Positions 26,771 through 35,674 of a stretch of DNA of 36,009 bases are shown here, one piece after another. The stretch comes from an archaeon (GTDB lineage: Archaea > Nanobdellota > Nanobdellia > Pacearchaeales > GW2011-AR1). A model generated the notes under the pieces. It did no database searches and was not told the DNA's origin. It saw only the letters and a list, made by a program, of their open reading frames with translations. The number at the start of each line of letters is the position of its first letter. Within the stretch, counting starts at the first letter, position 1. The stretch lies in NCBI GenBank assembly GCA_043810775.1, contig JBDRNU010000009.1, positions 1 through 36,009 of the forward strand, read 5' to 3'. Both the position numbers and the translations under genes were made by a program.

Positions 26771-27289
26771 CTATTTCTCATCGCCGGATTTTACATTTTT
26801 TAAAAACCTCATTACATCTTCATTAGTTACTCTAACTTGATAAAGAACATTGCCTAGTTCTGGGTTAAGGAGACACTCTTCTGTTAGAGATTCTGGTTCT
26901 TTATAGTGAAAAGAGTATACTACTTTTTTGATTCCTGCTTGCACTATATCTTTTGCGCAATTTCCACAAGGATAGTATTTTGTATATAAGGTGGCTCCTT
27001 GTAAACTTTCCACTTTCCTATTTAACAATGCATTTTTTTCTGCATGAACTCCTATACATATATTCTGACCTTTTTCACTATATGTGGATCCATGTCTTTC
27101 TTTTCTGCAACCAGCATCCACACAGTTTTGCAGTCCTGTTGGTGCACCATTGTATCCTTCTCCAACAACTGTATGAGCAATAGTGAGAATTGCTCCCCCA
27201 TGAATATGCTTGCATGTTGAACGTGTTGCAGCCACTAGTGCAAGAGCCATAAAATATTGATCCCAGATAGGTCTATCTCTTCTATCCAT
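26771..27289 (-). CDS. dCMP deaminase (ComEB family)
   Basis: RPIWDQYFM, RSTC, GYNGAP, VHAEKNAL, YPCGNCAK, AGIKKVVY. Confidence 0.92.
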   Translation of the reverse strand: MDRRDRPIWDQYFMALALVAATRSTCKHIHGGAILTIAHTVVGEGYNGAPTGLQNCVDAGCRKERHGSTYSEKGQNICIGVHAEKNALLNRKVESLQGATLYTKYYPCGNCAKDIVQAGIKKVVYSFHYKEPESLTEECLLNPELGNVLYQVRVTNEDVMRFLKNVKSGDEK

Positions 27290-27428
27290 AAATTTTGATA
27301 ATTTTTATTTTATTAACAATTCGTGCAGTGAAAAATATACATTAGAAGATATGAGAAGAATTAGAAAACTTTAAATATCAAGCAAATACTAAGTTAGTCA
27401 TGTGTAAAACTAAGAGGTGCAATATAAG

Positions 27429-27761
27429 ATGGCATCAAGTAAGAATGGAGTTGAGGAAATTACAGGGAATAATATTGAAGAAAGACTTGAAAGACCTCTT
27501 GTAGTTATAGATTTCTTTGCAGAGTGGTGCATGCCTTGCCTGATGATGGCTCCGGTTATTGAAGAGTTACATGAAAAATTAAAGGAAAAGGTTACTTTTT
27601 TTAAGGTAAATGTGGATGATAATCCTGAGATTGCCAAAAAGCTGAAAGTTGCTTCAATCCCTACTTTAATAATTTTTAACAAAGGCCAGGAAAAAGAGAG
27701 GCTAATAGGAAGCTTATCAGCTGATGTAATTGAAGATAAGATTATTCGATTTTTAGAGTAA
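27429..27761 (+). CDS. trxA: Thioredoxin
   Basis: DFFAEWCMPC, SIPTLIIF; GAGGTG SD before the ATG at 27429. Confidence 0.92.
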   Translation: MASSKNGVEEITGNNIEERLERPLVVIDFFAEWCMPCLMMAPVIEELHEKLKEKVTFFKVNVDDNPEIAKKLKVASIPTLIIFNKGQEKERLIGSLSADVIEDKIIRFLE

Positions 27762-27799
27762 GAGAAGCTTTTTAAACATAAATTATCTACTTTTATTAC

Positions 27800-27922
27800 G
27801 GATCCGTAGCTCAGTTGGCTAGAGCACCGGCCTTTTACAAAAAACGAAGTTTTTTGTCCTTCAAAAAAACAGTGTTTTTTGAAGTAAGCCGGGTGTCGTG
27901 GGTTCAAGTCCCATCGGATCCA
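27800..27922 (+). tRNA. tRNA-Lys(UUU) with 49-nt intron at canonical 37/38 (27838-27886)
   Basis: Acceptor GGATCCG/CGGATCC, D arm GCTC/GAGC, anticodon stem CCGGC/GCCGG with CT-TTT-A, T arm GTGGG-TTCAAGT-CCCAT. BHB central helix CUUU/GAAG with 3-nt bulges. No encoded CCA. Confidence 0.93.
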
Positions 27923-27926
27923 TAGA

Positions 27927-28071
27927 CAACCCAACAGAGTAGCTCACTGATGTTTCGCTACTCTGTGCCCCAAAAATGCAAGAATTAACAAGCATTTTTG
28001 CGGTTTAGGAGGTTGCCAACTGTCGTGCCTACAGCACAACGCATTAACTTCCTGCATTGAGTTAGTTAATG
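27927..28071. repeat. Consecutive stem-loops downstream of tRNA
   Basis: ACAGAGTAGC/GCTACTCTGT (27934-27966), CAAAAATGC/GCATTTTTG (27971-28000), CATTAACT/AGTTAATG (28042-28071), possible closing CAACC/GGTTG. Confidence 0.6.
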
Positions 28072-28264
28072 ATTAGTTAAGATTTAGAAAAATCTAATAA
28101 AGCTGGAAGGACTCAAGTATATACTTACTCTTTAAAAAGATAGTGTAAACGAAAGGTTTAAAAAGCCAAATTGAATTCCTTTTAGTATTATAGAGTTGTA
28201 ATTGAAATTATGCAACTATTATAATTTAAATTAAATAAAGCCTGCCTTGAAATTTTTAAAAAAG

Positions 28265-28459
28265 ATGCACATTCTTCAGCCAAAACACTCGAAAATTAGT
28301 GAAAAAGAAGCTAAAGAGCTACTTAATAAACTAAATATTTCTATTTCTCAAATACCTAAAATCAAAGAAGAAGATCCTACACTGCCTGAAGGATGCAAAC
28401 CTGGAGATTTGATTAAGATTGAAAGAGGGGATAAAGTATATTACAGAGTTGTAGTTTAA
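28265..28459 (+). CDS. rpoH: RNA polymerase subunit H (Rpo5)
   Basis: HILQPKH, QIPKIKEEDP, PGDLIKIER, YYRVVV; ATG at 28265. Confidence 0.95.
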   Translation: MHILQPKHSKISEKEAKELLNKLNISISQIPKIKEEDPTLPEGCKPGDLIKIERGDKVYYRVVV

Positions 28460-28460
28460 T

Positions 28461-31400
28461 ATGAAAAAAGATAAACACATAATTATAAAGAAGTATCTAT
28501 CACAACACTCTTTAATAGAGAGCAATATCATATCATTTAATAATTTTGTAAAGTTAAGGATGCAAAAAATAGTAGAAGATCTTTCTGAAAACCTACCAAA
28601 AGATGAAATTGAAATTAAACTAGGAAAAGTAAGAATAGGCAAAGCCAATGTTATTGAATCTGATGGAAGTACTAAACAAGTTATGCCTACTGAAGCCAGG
28701 CTTAGAAATTTAACTTACTCCGCACCAGTATTCTTAGAAATAAGTATAAAGCAAGAAGGACAGATAGAAGAAAACCAAGATGTAGAAATTGGAAGAATAC
28801 CTATAATTGTCAAAAGTGATGTATGCAATACTTCAGGAATGTCTAGAGAGGATTTAGAAAAAGCTTATATTGACCCTTTAGACCCTGGAGGATATTTCAT
28901 CATAAATGGTAATGAAAGAGTAATAGTAATGACTGAGGATTTAGCTGCAAATCAGCCTTTCATTGAAAAATCAAAAGGAAAACTAATGCTAAGATTATTT
29001 AGCCAGAGGGGGGCTTATAGAATTCCTGTTTCTATAACTGAAACTAATGATGGTATTCTGGAAGTTTCTTTTAGTAGATTTAGGAATATTCCTGCAATAG
29101 TATTATTAAAAGCACTTGGAATGTTAAAAGAAGCTGATATTTCTAGATTAGTTGGCAAAGAAACTGATAGTTTTATTGTAAATCTTTATGAGTATGCAAA
29201 TCTTCATAGTGTTGATGACGCGATGATGTTTATTGCTGAAAAAACAAATTTACAAGGTACAAAAAAAGAAATGGTAGATAGAGTGAAGCAGAGAATAGAC
29301 AGTTACTTTATGCCTCATATTGGTTTAACTAAAGAAGATAGATATGAAAAAGCAATTACATTATGTAAATTTATCAAACAATTTTATATTGCAAAAGAAA
29401 ATCCTGAAATCTTGACAGATAAAGACCATTATGCTAATAAAAGAGTAAGACTAAGCGGTGACTTGCTTGCTGATTTATTTAGGGTTAATCTTAACATCTT
29501 ATTAAGAGATATACATTATTCACTACAAAAAATTTCAAAGAGGAAAAAATTCTATAGCCTAAAGACAGTTGCTAAGTCTACTTTATTTTCGCATAGAGTT
29601 GAAAGTGCAATTGCAACTGGAAGCTGGATTGGAGAGAGAACAGGAGTCACACAGAACATGGACAAAACTAATTATCTAGCAATTCTTTCACAATTACAGA
29701 GAGTTTCCAGTATGCTTCCTGGAGAGCAAGAAAACTTTCTTGCAAGAACTTTACACCCTACTCATTACGGAAGATTCTGCCCTACTGAAACACCTGAAGG
29801 AACGGAAATTGGACTAAGAAAAAATCTTGCCATACTAGCTAGAGTCTCAACTGCTGTAAATATGGATGAAAATGAATTTATTAAGACACTTGAAAGTTTA
29901 GGAATGCAAAGAGAGAAAGAAGGCGCAAAGCACGGGAAAGTTGATGTCTTCTTCAATGGGAGATTTATAGGAAGTATAGAGAATCATCAAGATTTTTTTA
30001 AAGATATAAGAAATAAAAGAAGAAATTCTGAATTACCTATTGAACTAAGTGTCAGATATGACAAATCTATCACAACTATAATTATCTCTACTGAAATTGG
30101 AAGAGTTTTAAGGCCTTTAATTATTGTTGAAAATAATAAAAGTAATTTTACTGATGAACATGCTATTCTTCTTGAGCAGGATAAAATGACTTGGGCTGAT
30201 TTAGTTAAACAAGGAATTATAGAATATCTAGATGCAAGTGAGGAAGAAAATGCACTGGTAGCTTTAGAAAAAGAAGATATAACTCCTGAACATACTCACT
30301 TAGAAATAGATAGTATTGATTTTCTAGGATTAGTTACTTCATTAGTACCTTATGCAAACTACGACCCTGCGTCAAGATTATTAAGAGGTAGTAAAACTCA
30401 AAAACAGGCTTTAGGATTATACGCTGCTAATTTCCCAATAAGATTAGATACTGATGTAAGCATTTTACACTATCCTCAAAAACCCCTTGTAAGAAGTTTC
30501 GTTTATGATACTCTCAATATTTACCCTGCTGGCCAAAATTTAGTGGTAGCTATCATGACAAAAGAGGGCTACAATATGGAAGATGCAGTTATATTGAACA
30601 AAGGCAGTGTAGATAGAGGTATGGGCAGGTCAACTTATTTCAGACCATATACTTCAACTGAATTAAATTATGCTGGAGGATTGAGTGATGAAATTGGAGT
30701 TCCTAAAAAAGACACTTCTGGATATAGGACTGAAGAAAGCTATAAATTTTTAGAGGATGATGGAGTTGCTTATCCTGAAGCTGCAATGAAAGAAGGTGAA
30801 GTTGTAATGGGAAAAACATCTCCTCCTAAATTCTTATCAGAAGCAAGGGAAATTTCAATCAGAACAAGAAAAGAAAACAGTTCAGTTATAAGGCAGGAAG
30901 AAAAAGGCACTGTAGATGCAGTTTTTATAACTGTTGAAGATGAGGGAAATAAAGTCGTTCAAGTGAGGACAAGAGATCAGAGATTTCCAGAACTTGGAGA
31001 TAAATTCTCAAGCTCGCATGGGCAAAAAGGAGTTGTGGGAATGCTTGCTGAAGAAAATGACATGCCTTTTACTGCAAGAGGAATAAAACCTGATTTAATA
31101 TTTAATCCTCATGGAATCTTGGGAAGAATGACTGTAGGATACTTAATTGAGTGTATTGCTGGGAAAGTTGGGGCAACTAGCGGGCAAATAATAGATGGTA
31201 CTTCTTTTTCAGGAGTTTCTTTTCAAGACCTTGAAAAACAATTACAAAAAAATGGTTTTAGATACGATGGAAAAGAAACCATGTATCATGGAGTTACTGG
31301 AAAGATGATGACAGCTAAAATTTATGTAGGCAACATGTATTATCTAAAGCTAAAGTATATGGTAAGCAATAAAATTCATGCCAGAGCTTCTGGAAAAGTT

Positions 31401-31727
31401 GCACTATTAACTAGACAACCTATTGAAGGCAGAGCAAGAGGTGGTGCTTTGAGATTGGGTGAGATGGAACAACAAGCCTTAGTAGCTCATGGGGCTTCAT
31501 TATTATTAAAGGAGAGGTATGATTCTGATAAAGTTATTGTGCATATATGCACTAAATGTGGGGCTATGGCTATAAAAGATAATATTAGAAACAGAATTAT
31601 TTGCCCTGCTTGCAACTCAAATGAGATAGAGCCAGTTGAAATATCATATGCTTTTAAATTATTATTAGAAGAACTACAAGGAATGCACATTATGACTAAA
31701 TTTGATTTAAAGAATAAATACGAATAA
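28461..31727 (+). CDS. rpoB: RNA polymerase subunit B (Rpo2, unsplit)
   Basis: GGYFIINGNERV, ETPEG, GYNMEDA, HGQKG, RQPIEGRARGGALRLGEME, C-terminal Zn ribbon. Confidence 0.98.
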   Translation: MKKDKHIIIKKYLSQHSLIESNIISFNNFVKLRMQKIVEDLSENLPKDEIEIKLGKVRIGKANVIESDGSTKQVMPTEARLRNLTYSAPVFLEISIKQEGQIEENQDVEIGRIPIIVKSDVCNTSGMSREDLEKAYIDPLDPGGYFIINGNERVIVMTEDLAANQPFIEKSKGKLMLRLFSQRGAYRIPVSITETNDGILEVSFSRFRNIPAIVLLKALGMLKEADISRLVGKETDSFIVNLYEYANLHSVDDAMMFIAEKTNLQGTKKEMVDRVKQRIDSYFMPHIGLTKEDRYEKAITLCKFIKQFYIAKENPEILTDKDHYANKRVRLSGDLLADLFRVNLNILLRDIHYSLQKISKRKKFYSLKTVAKSTLFSHRVESAIATGSWIGERTGVTQNMDKTNYLAILSQLQRVSSMLPGEQENFLARTLHPTHYGRFCPTETPEGTEIGLRKNLAILARVSTAVNMDENEFIKTLESLGMQREKEGAKHGKVDVFFNGRFIGSIENHQDFFKDIRNKRRNSELPIELSVRYDKSITTIIISTEIGRVLRPLIIVENNKSNFTDEHAILLEQDKMTWADLVKQGIIEYLDASEEENALVALEKEDITPEHTHLEIDSIDFLGLVTSLVPYANYDPASRLLRGSKTQKQALGLYAANFPIRLDTDVSILHYPQKPLVRSFVYDTLNIYPAGQNLVVAIMTKEGYNMEDAVILNKGSVDRGMGRSTYFRPYTSTELNYAGGLSDEIGVPKKDTSGYRTEESYKFLEDDGVAYPEAAMKEGEVVMGKTSPPKFLSEAREISIRTRKENSSVIRQEEKGTVDAVFITVEDEGNKVVQVRTRDQRFPELGDKFSSSHGQKGVVGMLAEENDMPFTARGIKPDLIFNPHGILGRMTVGYLIECIAGKVGATSGQIIDGTSFSGVSFQDLEKQLQKNGFRYDGKETMYHGVTGKMMTAKIYVGNMYYLKLKYMVSNKIHARASGKVALLTRQPIEGRARGGALRLGEMEQQALVAHGASLLLKERYDSDKVIVHICTKCGAMAIKDNIRNRIICPACNSNEIEPVEISYAFKLLLEELQGMHIMTKFDLKNKYE

Positions 31728-31734
31728 GTTTAGA

Positions 31735-34700
31735 ATGCCGGAAATAATTAAAAAACAAGTAAGAGCAATCTCATTTAGCTTGCTCTCTCCTGAATTAATT
31801 AAAAAGATTTCTACAGCTAAGATTATAACTCCTGAACTTTATGATGTTGATGGATATCCAGTAGATGGGGGACTTATGGACTTAAGACTTGGAGCAATAG
31901 ACCCTGGAGTAAGATGTAGAACTTGCGGGGGTGGATTAAAAGAGTGTCTTGGACATCCTGGAAGTATTGAATTAGCCAGACCATTAATACATGTAAAATA
32001 TGTTCCTTTAATTGAGCTGTTCTTAAGAAGTTTTTGCGCAAGTTGTGGAAGAGTCATGCTTCTTGAAGAAGATGCAAAAAAACTTAATCTTAAACAGAGA
32101 ATCAAGAAATCAAGAGACTCAAAAAAATGCCCGCACTGCCAGAGTCCTCAAGAAAAAATTAAATTAGAAAAGCCAAGCACTTTTCATTCTGGAAAAAGAA
32201 GAATTTTTCCAACTGAGATAAGAGAGAGATTTGTAAAAATAACAAATGAAGATTGTAAATTAGTGGGTGTTAATCCTATAAATTGCAGACCTGAATGGGC
32301 GATAATCTCCTTGCTCTTAGTTCCCCCAGTTACAGTTAGACCAAGTATAACTTTGGAATCTGGAGAGAGAAGTGAAGATGATTTGACTCATAAATTAAGT
32401 GATATTATTAGGGCTAATCAGAGATTATGGGAAAATTTAAATGCCGGAGCTCCAGAGGTTATAATTGAGGACCTTTGGGATTTATTACAGTATCATGCTA
32501 CTACTTTCTTTGATAATACTATTTCAAGGATACCTCCTGCAAGACACAGGAGTGGACAGCCACTAAAAACTATAACTGAAAGAATAAAAGGTAAGGAGGG
32601 GAGAATTAGACATAATCTTGCAGGAAAAAGAGTTAATTATTCTTCTAGAAGTGTAATTAGCCCTGATCCTTTCTTAAAGATAAATGAAATTGGAGTTCCG
32701 CTGGTGATTGCAAAGATAATAACAGTTGCTGAACAAGTTAATTCACTAAATATAGAACAACTCAAGAAACTTATTGAAAGTAAAGAGTATCCTGGAGCAA
32801 ATTATATTATTAGACCAGATGGAAAGAGAAAGAAAATCACTGATGACTTAAGAGAGGAAATAATAGAAGAATTAACTATAGGATATATAGTTGAAAGACA
32901 CTTGCAAGACGGAGATGTTGTATTATTTAATAGACATCCTTCTCTTCATAGAGCTAGTTTAATGGCACATTTTGTGAGAGTGCTTCCTTGGAAGACATTT
33001 AGACTTCACCCTGCTGCTGCAGCTCCATATAATGCTGATTTTGACGGTGATGAAATGAATATTCATTCTCCACAGACAGAAGAAGCCAGAGCAGAAGCAA
33101 AAGTACTTTTAGATGTAAAAGAAAACTTAATCTCCCCAAAAAATAATACTAATATGTTAGGATGCATTGCAGATGCGGTTACAGGCAATTATTTATTAAG
33201 CACTAATTCTGTTTTAAAAGAAGACGCTTCCCAGATATTATTTGAAACCGGAGTTGAAGCAGCATTTTCAAAAAAAGAAATTAGTGGCATAGAAGTTTTT
33301 TCAAAAATACTTCCTAAGATAGATTTTTCGGAAAAAAATGTCAAGATTAAGAACGGGGAATTTATAGAGGGAGTTGTTGATAAAAATACTTTCGGAGTAG
33401 AAGATGGGGCTCTTATTAAATACCTTGACAAAACTGTTGGAAGAGATGAAACAATTGAGACTTTAAGAAAAGCCTTTGCTTTAGGCACAAGCTATCTTTC
33501 AAAAAATGGGGCAACTATTTCTTTAGGAGATTTAGAAGTAAATGAAAAAGTAAAGAACAGTGCTCATGAAATTATTAAAAGTGCTGAAGAAAAAACACAA
33601 AAAATTATTAGTGCATATTATAATAACAGTCTTGAACTAATTCCTGGAAAATCCAAAGAAGAAAGCAGAGAAATAAAAATTCTACAGTCTTTAAATGAGA
33701 TTAGAACAAAAATAGGAAATATTGTCAAACAAGAATTTCCTAAAGATAATCCTGCAAGTAATATGATTTACTCTGGTGCGGGAGGTAATATCCTTAATGT
33801 GACTCAAATTGCTTGTTGTGTTGGCCAGCAGGCATTATGGACTAAGAGAATAGGATTTGGATTTACAAATAGAACATTATCTTTTTTTAAAGAGGGAGAT
33901 TTATCTCCTTTGGCTAGAGGGTTTGTTTATTCTTCTTACTCTCAAGGATTGAGACCTATGGAGTTTTTCTTTGGAGCAATTACTGGAAGAGATGGATTAA
34001 TGGACCTTGCATTAAGAACTCCAAAATCAGGATATATGTACAGAAGACTAGCTAATGCTTTGCAAGATCTAAAAGTAGAATATGATGGAACTGTAAGAGA
34101 CGCTTCTGGAAACATAGTGCAATTTCTTTATGGAGAGGATGGAATTGATGTTACAACTTTACATTCTGGCAAGCCAATATCTCCTGGAGAAGCTATAGGA
34201 ATAATTACTGCCCAATCTTTTGGTGAGCCTTCAACTCAGATGGCATTAAATGTATTCCACTTTGCAGGAGTTCAAGAGATGCAGATTACGTTAGGACTTC
34301 CTAGATTAATAGAAATATTTGATGCAAGAAAAATGCCTTCAACTCCTGCTATGGAAATCTATCTTGATAAGGAAAAGAATAATGAAAAAGATTCAAGAAT
34401 AGTTGCTGAGAAAATAAAGCAATTTCAATTTGAAGAAATAGCTTCTGAGATTAAAATAAATTTTTCTGATAAAAAAATTGATGTTGAATTGAATCCTGAA
34501 GCACTTAAACAGATTCATGCCAATACAAGCACTATTTTAGACAGATTAAAAGATATGGGTTTTAAAGTAAAGATTAGAGGAAATATAATTTATACAACCA
34601 ATACTAAACTTGACTTTAAAGAGTTGTTTAAACTTAAAGAAAAACTGAAAAAAGCTGTTATTTCAGGTGTGGAAGGAATTGAACAGGTTTTGGTTGTAAA

Positions 34701-35217
34701 AAGGGATAAAAATTATGTTATACTCACTGCTGGGTCAAATCTAGAAGAGATATTTAAGATTAAAGGTGTAAATAGGGACAAAACTGTTAGTAATAATATA
34801 CGTGAGGTTGAAGAAGTACTGGGAATTGAAGCTGCAAGACAAGTTATAATGAATGAAGTGAATAAAGTTATTTCGTCTCAAGGTTTGGATATTAATGAAA
34901 GGCACTTAAAATTAATTGCAGATGCTATGTGCACTACTGGCTCTGTTAAAGGAGTTACTAGAATGGGAATTATTTCTGATAAATCCAGTATACTTGCAAG
35001 AGCAAGTTTTGAAACCCCAATTAAGCAGTTTGTAAATGCTACTATTAAATCAAGCAGGGATGAATTAGCCTCGGTTATTGAAAATATTATTTTAAACCAG
35101 CCAGTTCCAGTTGGTACAGGGTTGCCAGGATTATTAGTTAAAGTCATTGGACCTTTAACTAAACCTAAAAAATCAGTTAAAGCAAATAAAGAAGCAAAAA
35201 CAGAGGTAAGAAAGTGA
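31735..35217 (+). CDS. rpoA: RNA polymerase largest subunit, A' and A'' fused (Rpo1)
   Basis: N-terminal Zn fingers, YNADFDGDEMN, SGYMYRRL, then GEAIGIITAQSFGEPSTQM, GLPRLIEI, ARASFET in one ORF. Confidence 0.97.
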   Translation: MPEIIKKQVRAISFSLLSPELIKKISTAKIITPELYDVDGYPVDGGLMDLRLGAIDPGVRCRTCGGGLKECLGHPGSIELARPLIHVKYVPLIELFLRSFCASCGRVMLLEEDAKKLNLKQRIKKSRDSKKCPHCQSPQEKIKLEKPSTFHSGKRRIFPTEIRERFVKITNEDCKLVGVNPINCRPEWAIISLLLVPPVTVRPSITLESGERSEDDLTHKLSDIIRANQRLWENLNAGAPEVIIEDLWDLLQYHATTFFDNTISRIPPARHRSGQPLKTITERIKGKEGRIRHNLAGKRVNYSSRSVISPDPFLKINEIGVPLVIAKIITVAEQVNSLNIEQLKKLIESKEYPGANYIIRPDGKRKKITDDLREEIIEELTIGYIVERHLQDGDVVLFNRHPSLHRASLMAHFVRVLPWKTFRLHPAAAAPYNADFDGDEMNIHSPQTEEARAEAKVLLDVKENLISPKNNTNMLGCIADAVTGNYLLSTNSVLKEDASQILFETGVEAAFSKKEISGIEVFSKILPKIDFSEKNVKIKNGEFIEGVVDKNTFGVEDGALIKYLDKTVGRDETIETLRKAFALGTSYLSKNGATISLGDLEVNEKVKNSAHEIIKSAEEKTQKIISAYYNNSLELIPGKSKEESREIKILQSLNEIRTKIGNIVKQEFPKDNPASNMIYSGAGGNILNVTQIACCVGQQALWTKRIGFGFTNRTLSFFKEGDLSPLARGFVYSSYSQGLRPMEFFFGAITGRDGLMDLALRTPKSGYMYRRLANALQDLKVEYDGTVRDASGNIVQFLYGEDGIDVTTLHSGKPISPGEAIGIITAQSFGEPSTQMALNVFHFAGVQEMQITLGLPRLIEIFDARKMPSTPAMEIYLDKEKNNEKDSRIVAEKIKQFQFEEIASEIKINFSDKKIDVELNPEALKQIHANTSTILDRLKDMGFKVKIRGNIIYTTNTKLDFKELFKLKEKLKKAVISGVEGIEQVLVVKRDKNYVILTAGSNLEEIFKIKGVNRDKTVSNNIREVEEVLGIEAARQVIMNEVNKVISSQGLDINERHLKLIADAMCTTGSVKGVTRMGIISDKSSILARASFETPIKQFVNATIKSSRDELASVIENIILNQPVPVGTGLPGLLVKVIGPLTKPKKSVKANKEAKTEVRK

Positions 35218-35627
35218 AGACACTGGATATGAAGTTTATAAGGTATCTAAATTTATTTGAGAAAATCTGCAAAGTAAGAACTAAGAACTGCTTTGAGTAT
35301 AATAATTTTATTTTTTTTGCGGTGCAGCCATTTGAAGTTTCAAAAGCAATAGGGGAGGAAGGAAGAAACATTAGGAAGGTTGCAGAAATTCTAGGAAAAA
35401 GAGCTAAGATTGTTACCCTTCCAAGAGATGAAAATGATATTAAAAATTTTATTTTAAGTATAATCAACCCTTTAAATTTTAAGGATTTAAAATTAGAAGT
35501 GAATGAAATAATCATTGAAGGAGGCAAGAAAAATAAAGCTGCTTTAATTGGGAGGGGGAGGAGGAGAGAAGCTGAATTAAATGATGTGGTCAAGCATTAT
35601 TTCAATAAGAGTTTAAAAATAGTGTAG
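35214..35627 (+). CDS. nusA: Archaeal NusA-like KH-domain transcription factor
   Basis: KAIGEEGRNIRK and ALIGRGRRR KH motifs; conserved position after rpoA. Confidence 0.9.
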   Translation: MKTLDMKFIRYLNLFEKICKVRTKNCFEYNNFIFFAVQPFEVSKAIGEEGRNIRKVAEILGKRAKIVTLPRDENDIKNFILSIINPLNFKDLKLEVNEIIIEGGKKNKAALIGRGRRREAELNDVVKHYFNKSLKIV

Positions 35628-35674
35628 TAAAGTTTAAATAAGCGTATCTTTAAATTTCTATATATCATATTAAA

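Noticed and set aside
20631-27289. Provirus origin for the nucleotide locus
   Set aside because: No integrase, capsid, terminase or duplicated tRNA 3' end (att) was seen, and the locus carries a cellular regulator with its operators.
27410-27934. 174-aa minus-strand ORF
   Set aside because: Antisense to thioredoxin and the tRNA; WIRWDLNPR is the typical translation of a reverse-complemented tRNA T arm.
5267-28071. CRISPR array
   Set aside because: Hairpins are dispersed and non-identical, with no regular repeat-spacer period and no cas genes.
21068-35217. Inteins in NrdJ, RpoB or RpoA
   Set aside because: No C/S...HN splice junctions or LAGLIDADG blocks; protein lengths are normal or short.
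338-35593. Many short antisense or nested ORFs (e.g. 338-652, 1570-1845, 12811-13107, 14877-15266, 28331-28648, 35177-35593)
   Set aside because: They shadow well-supported genes on the opposite strand and have Ser/Phe/Ile-rich antisense composition without motifs.
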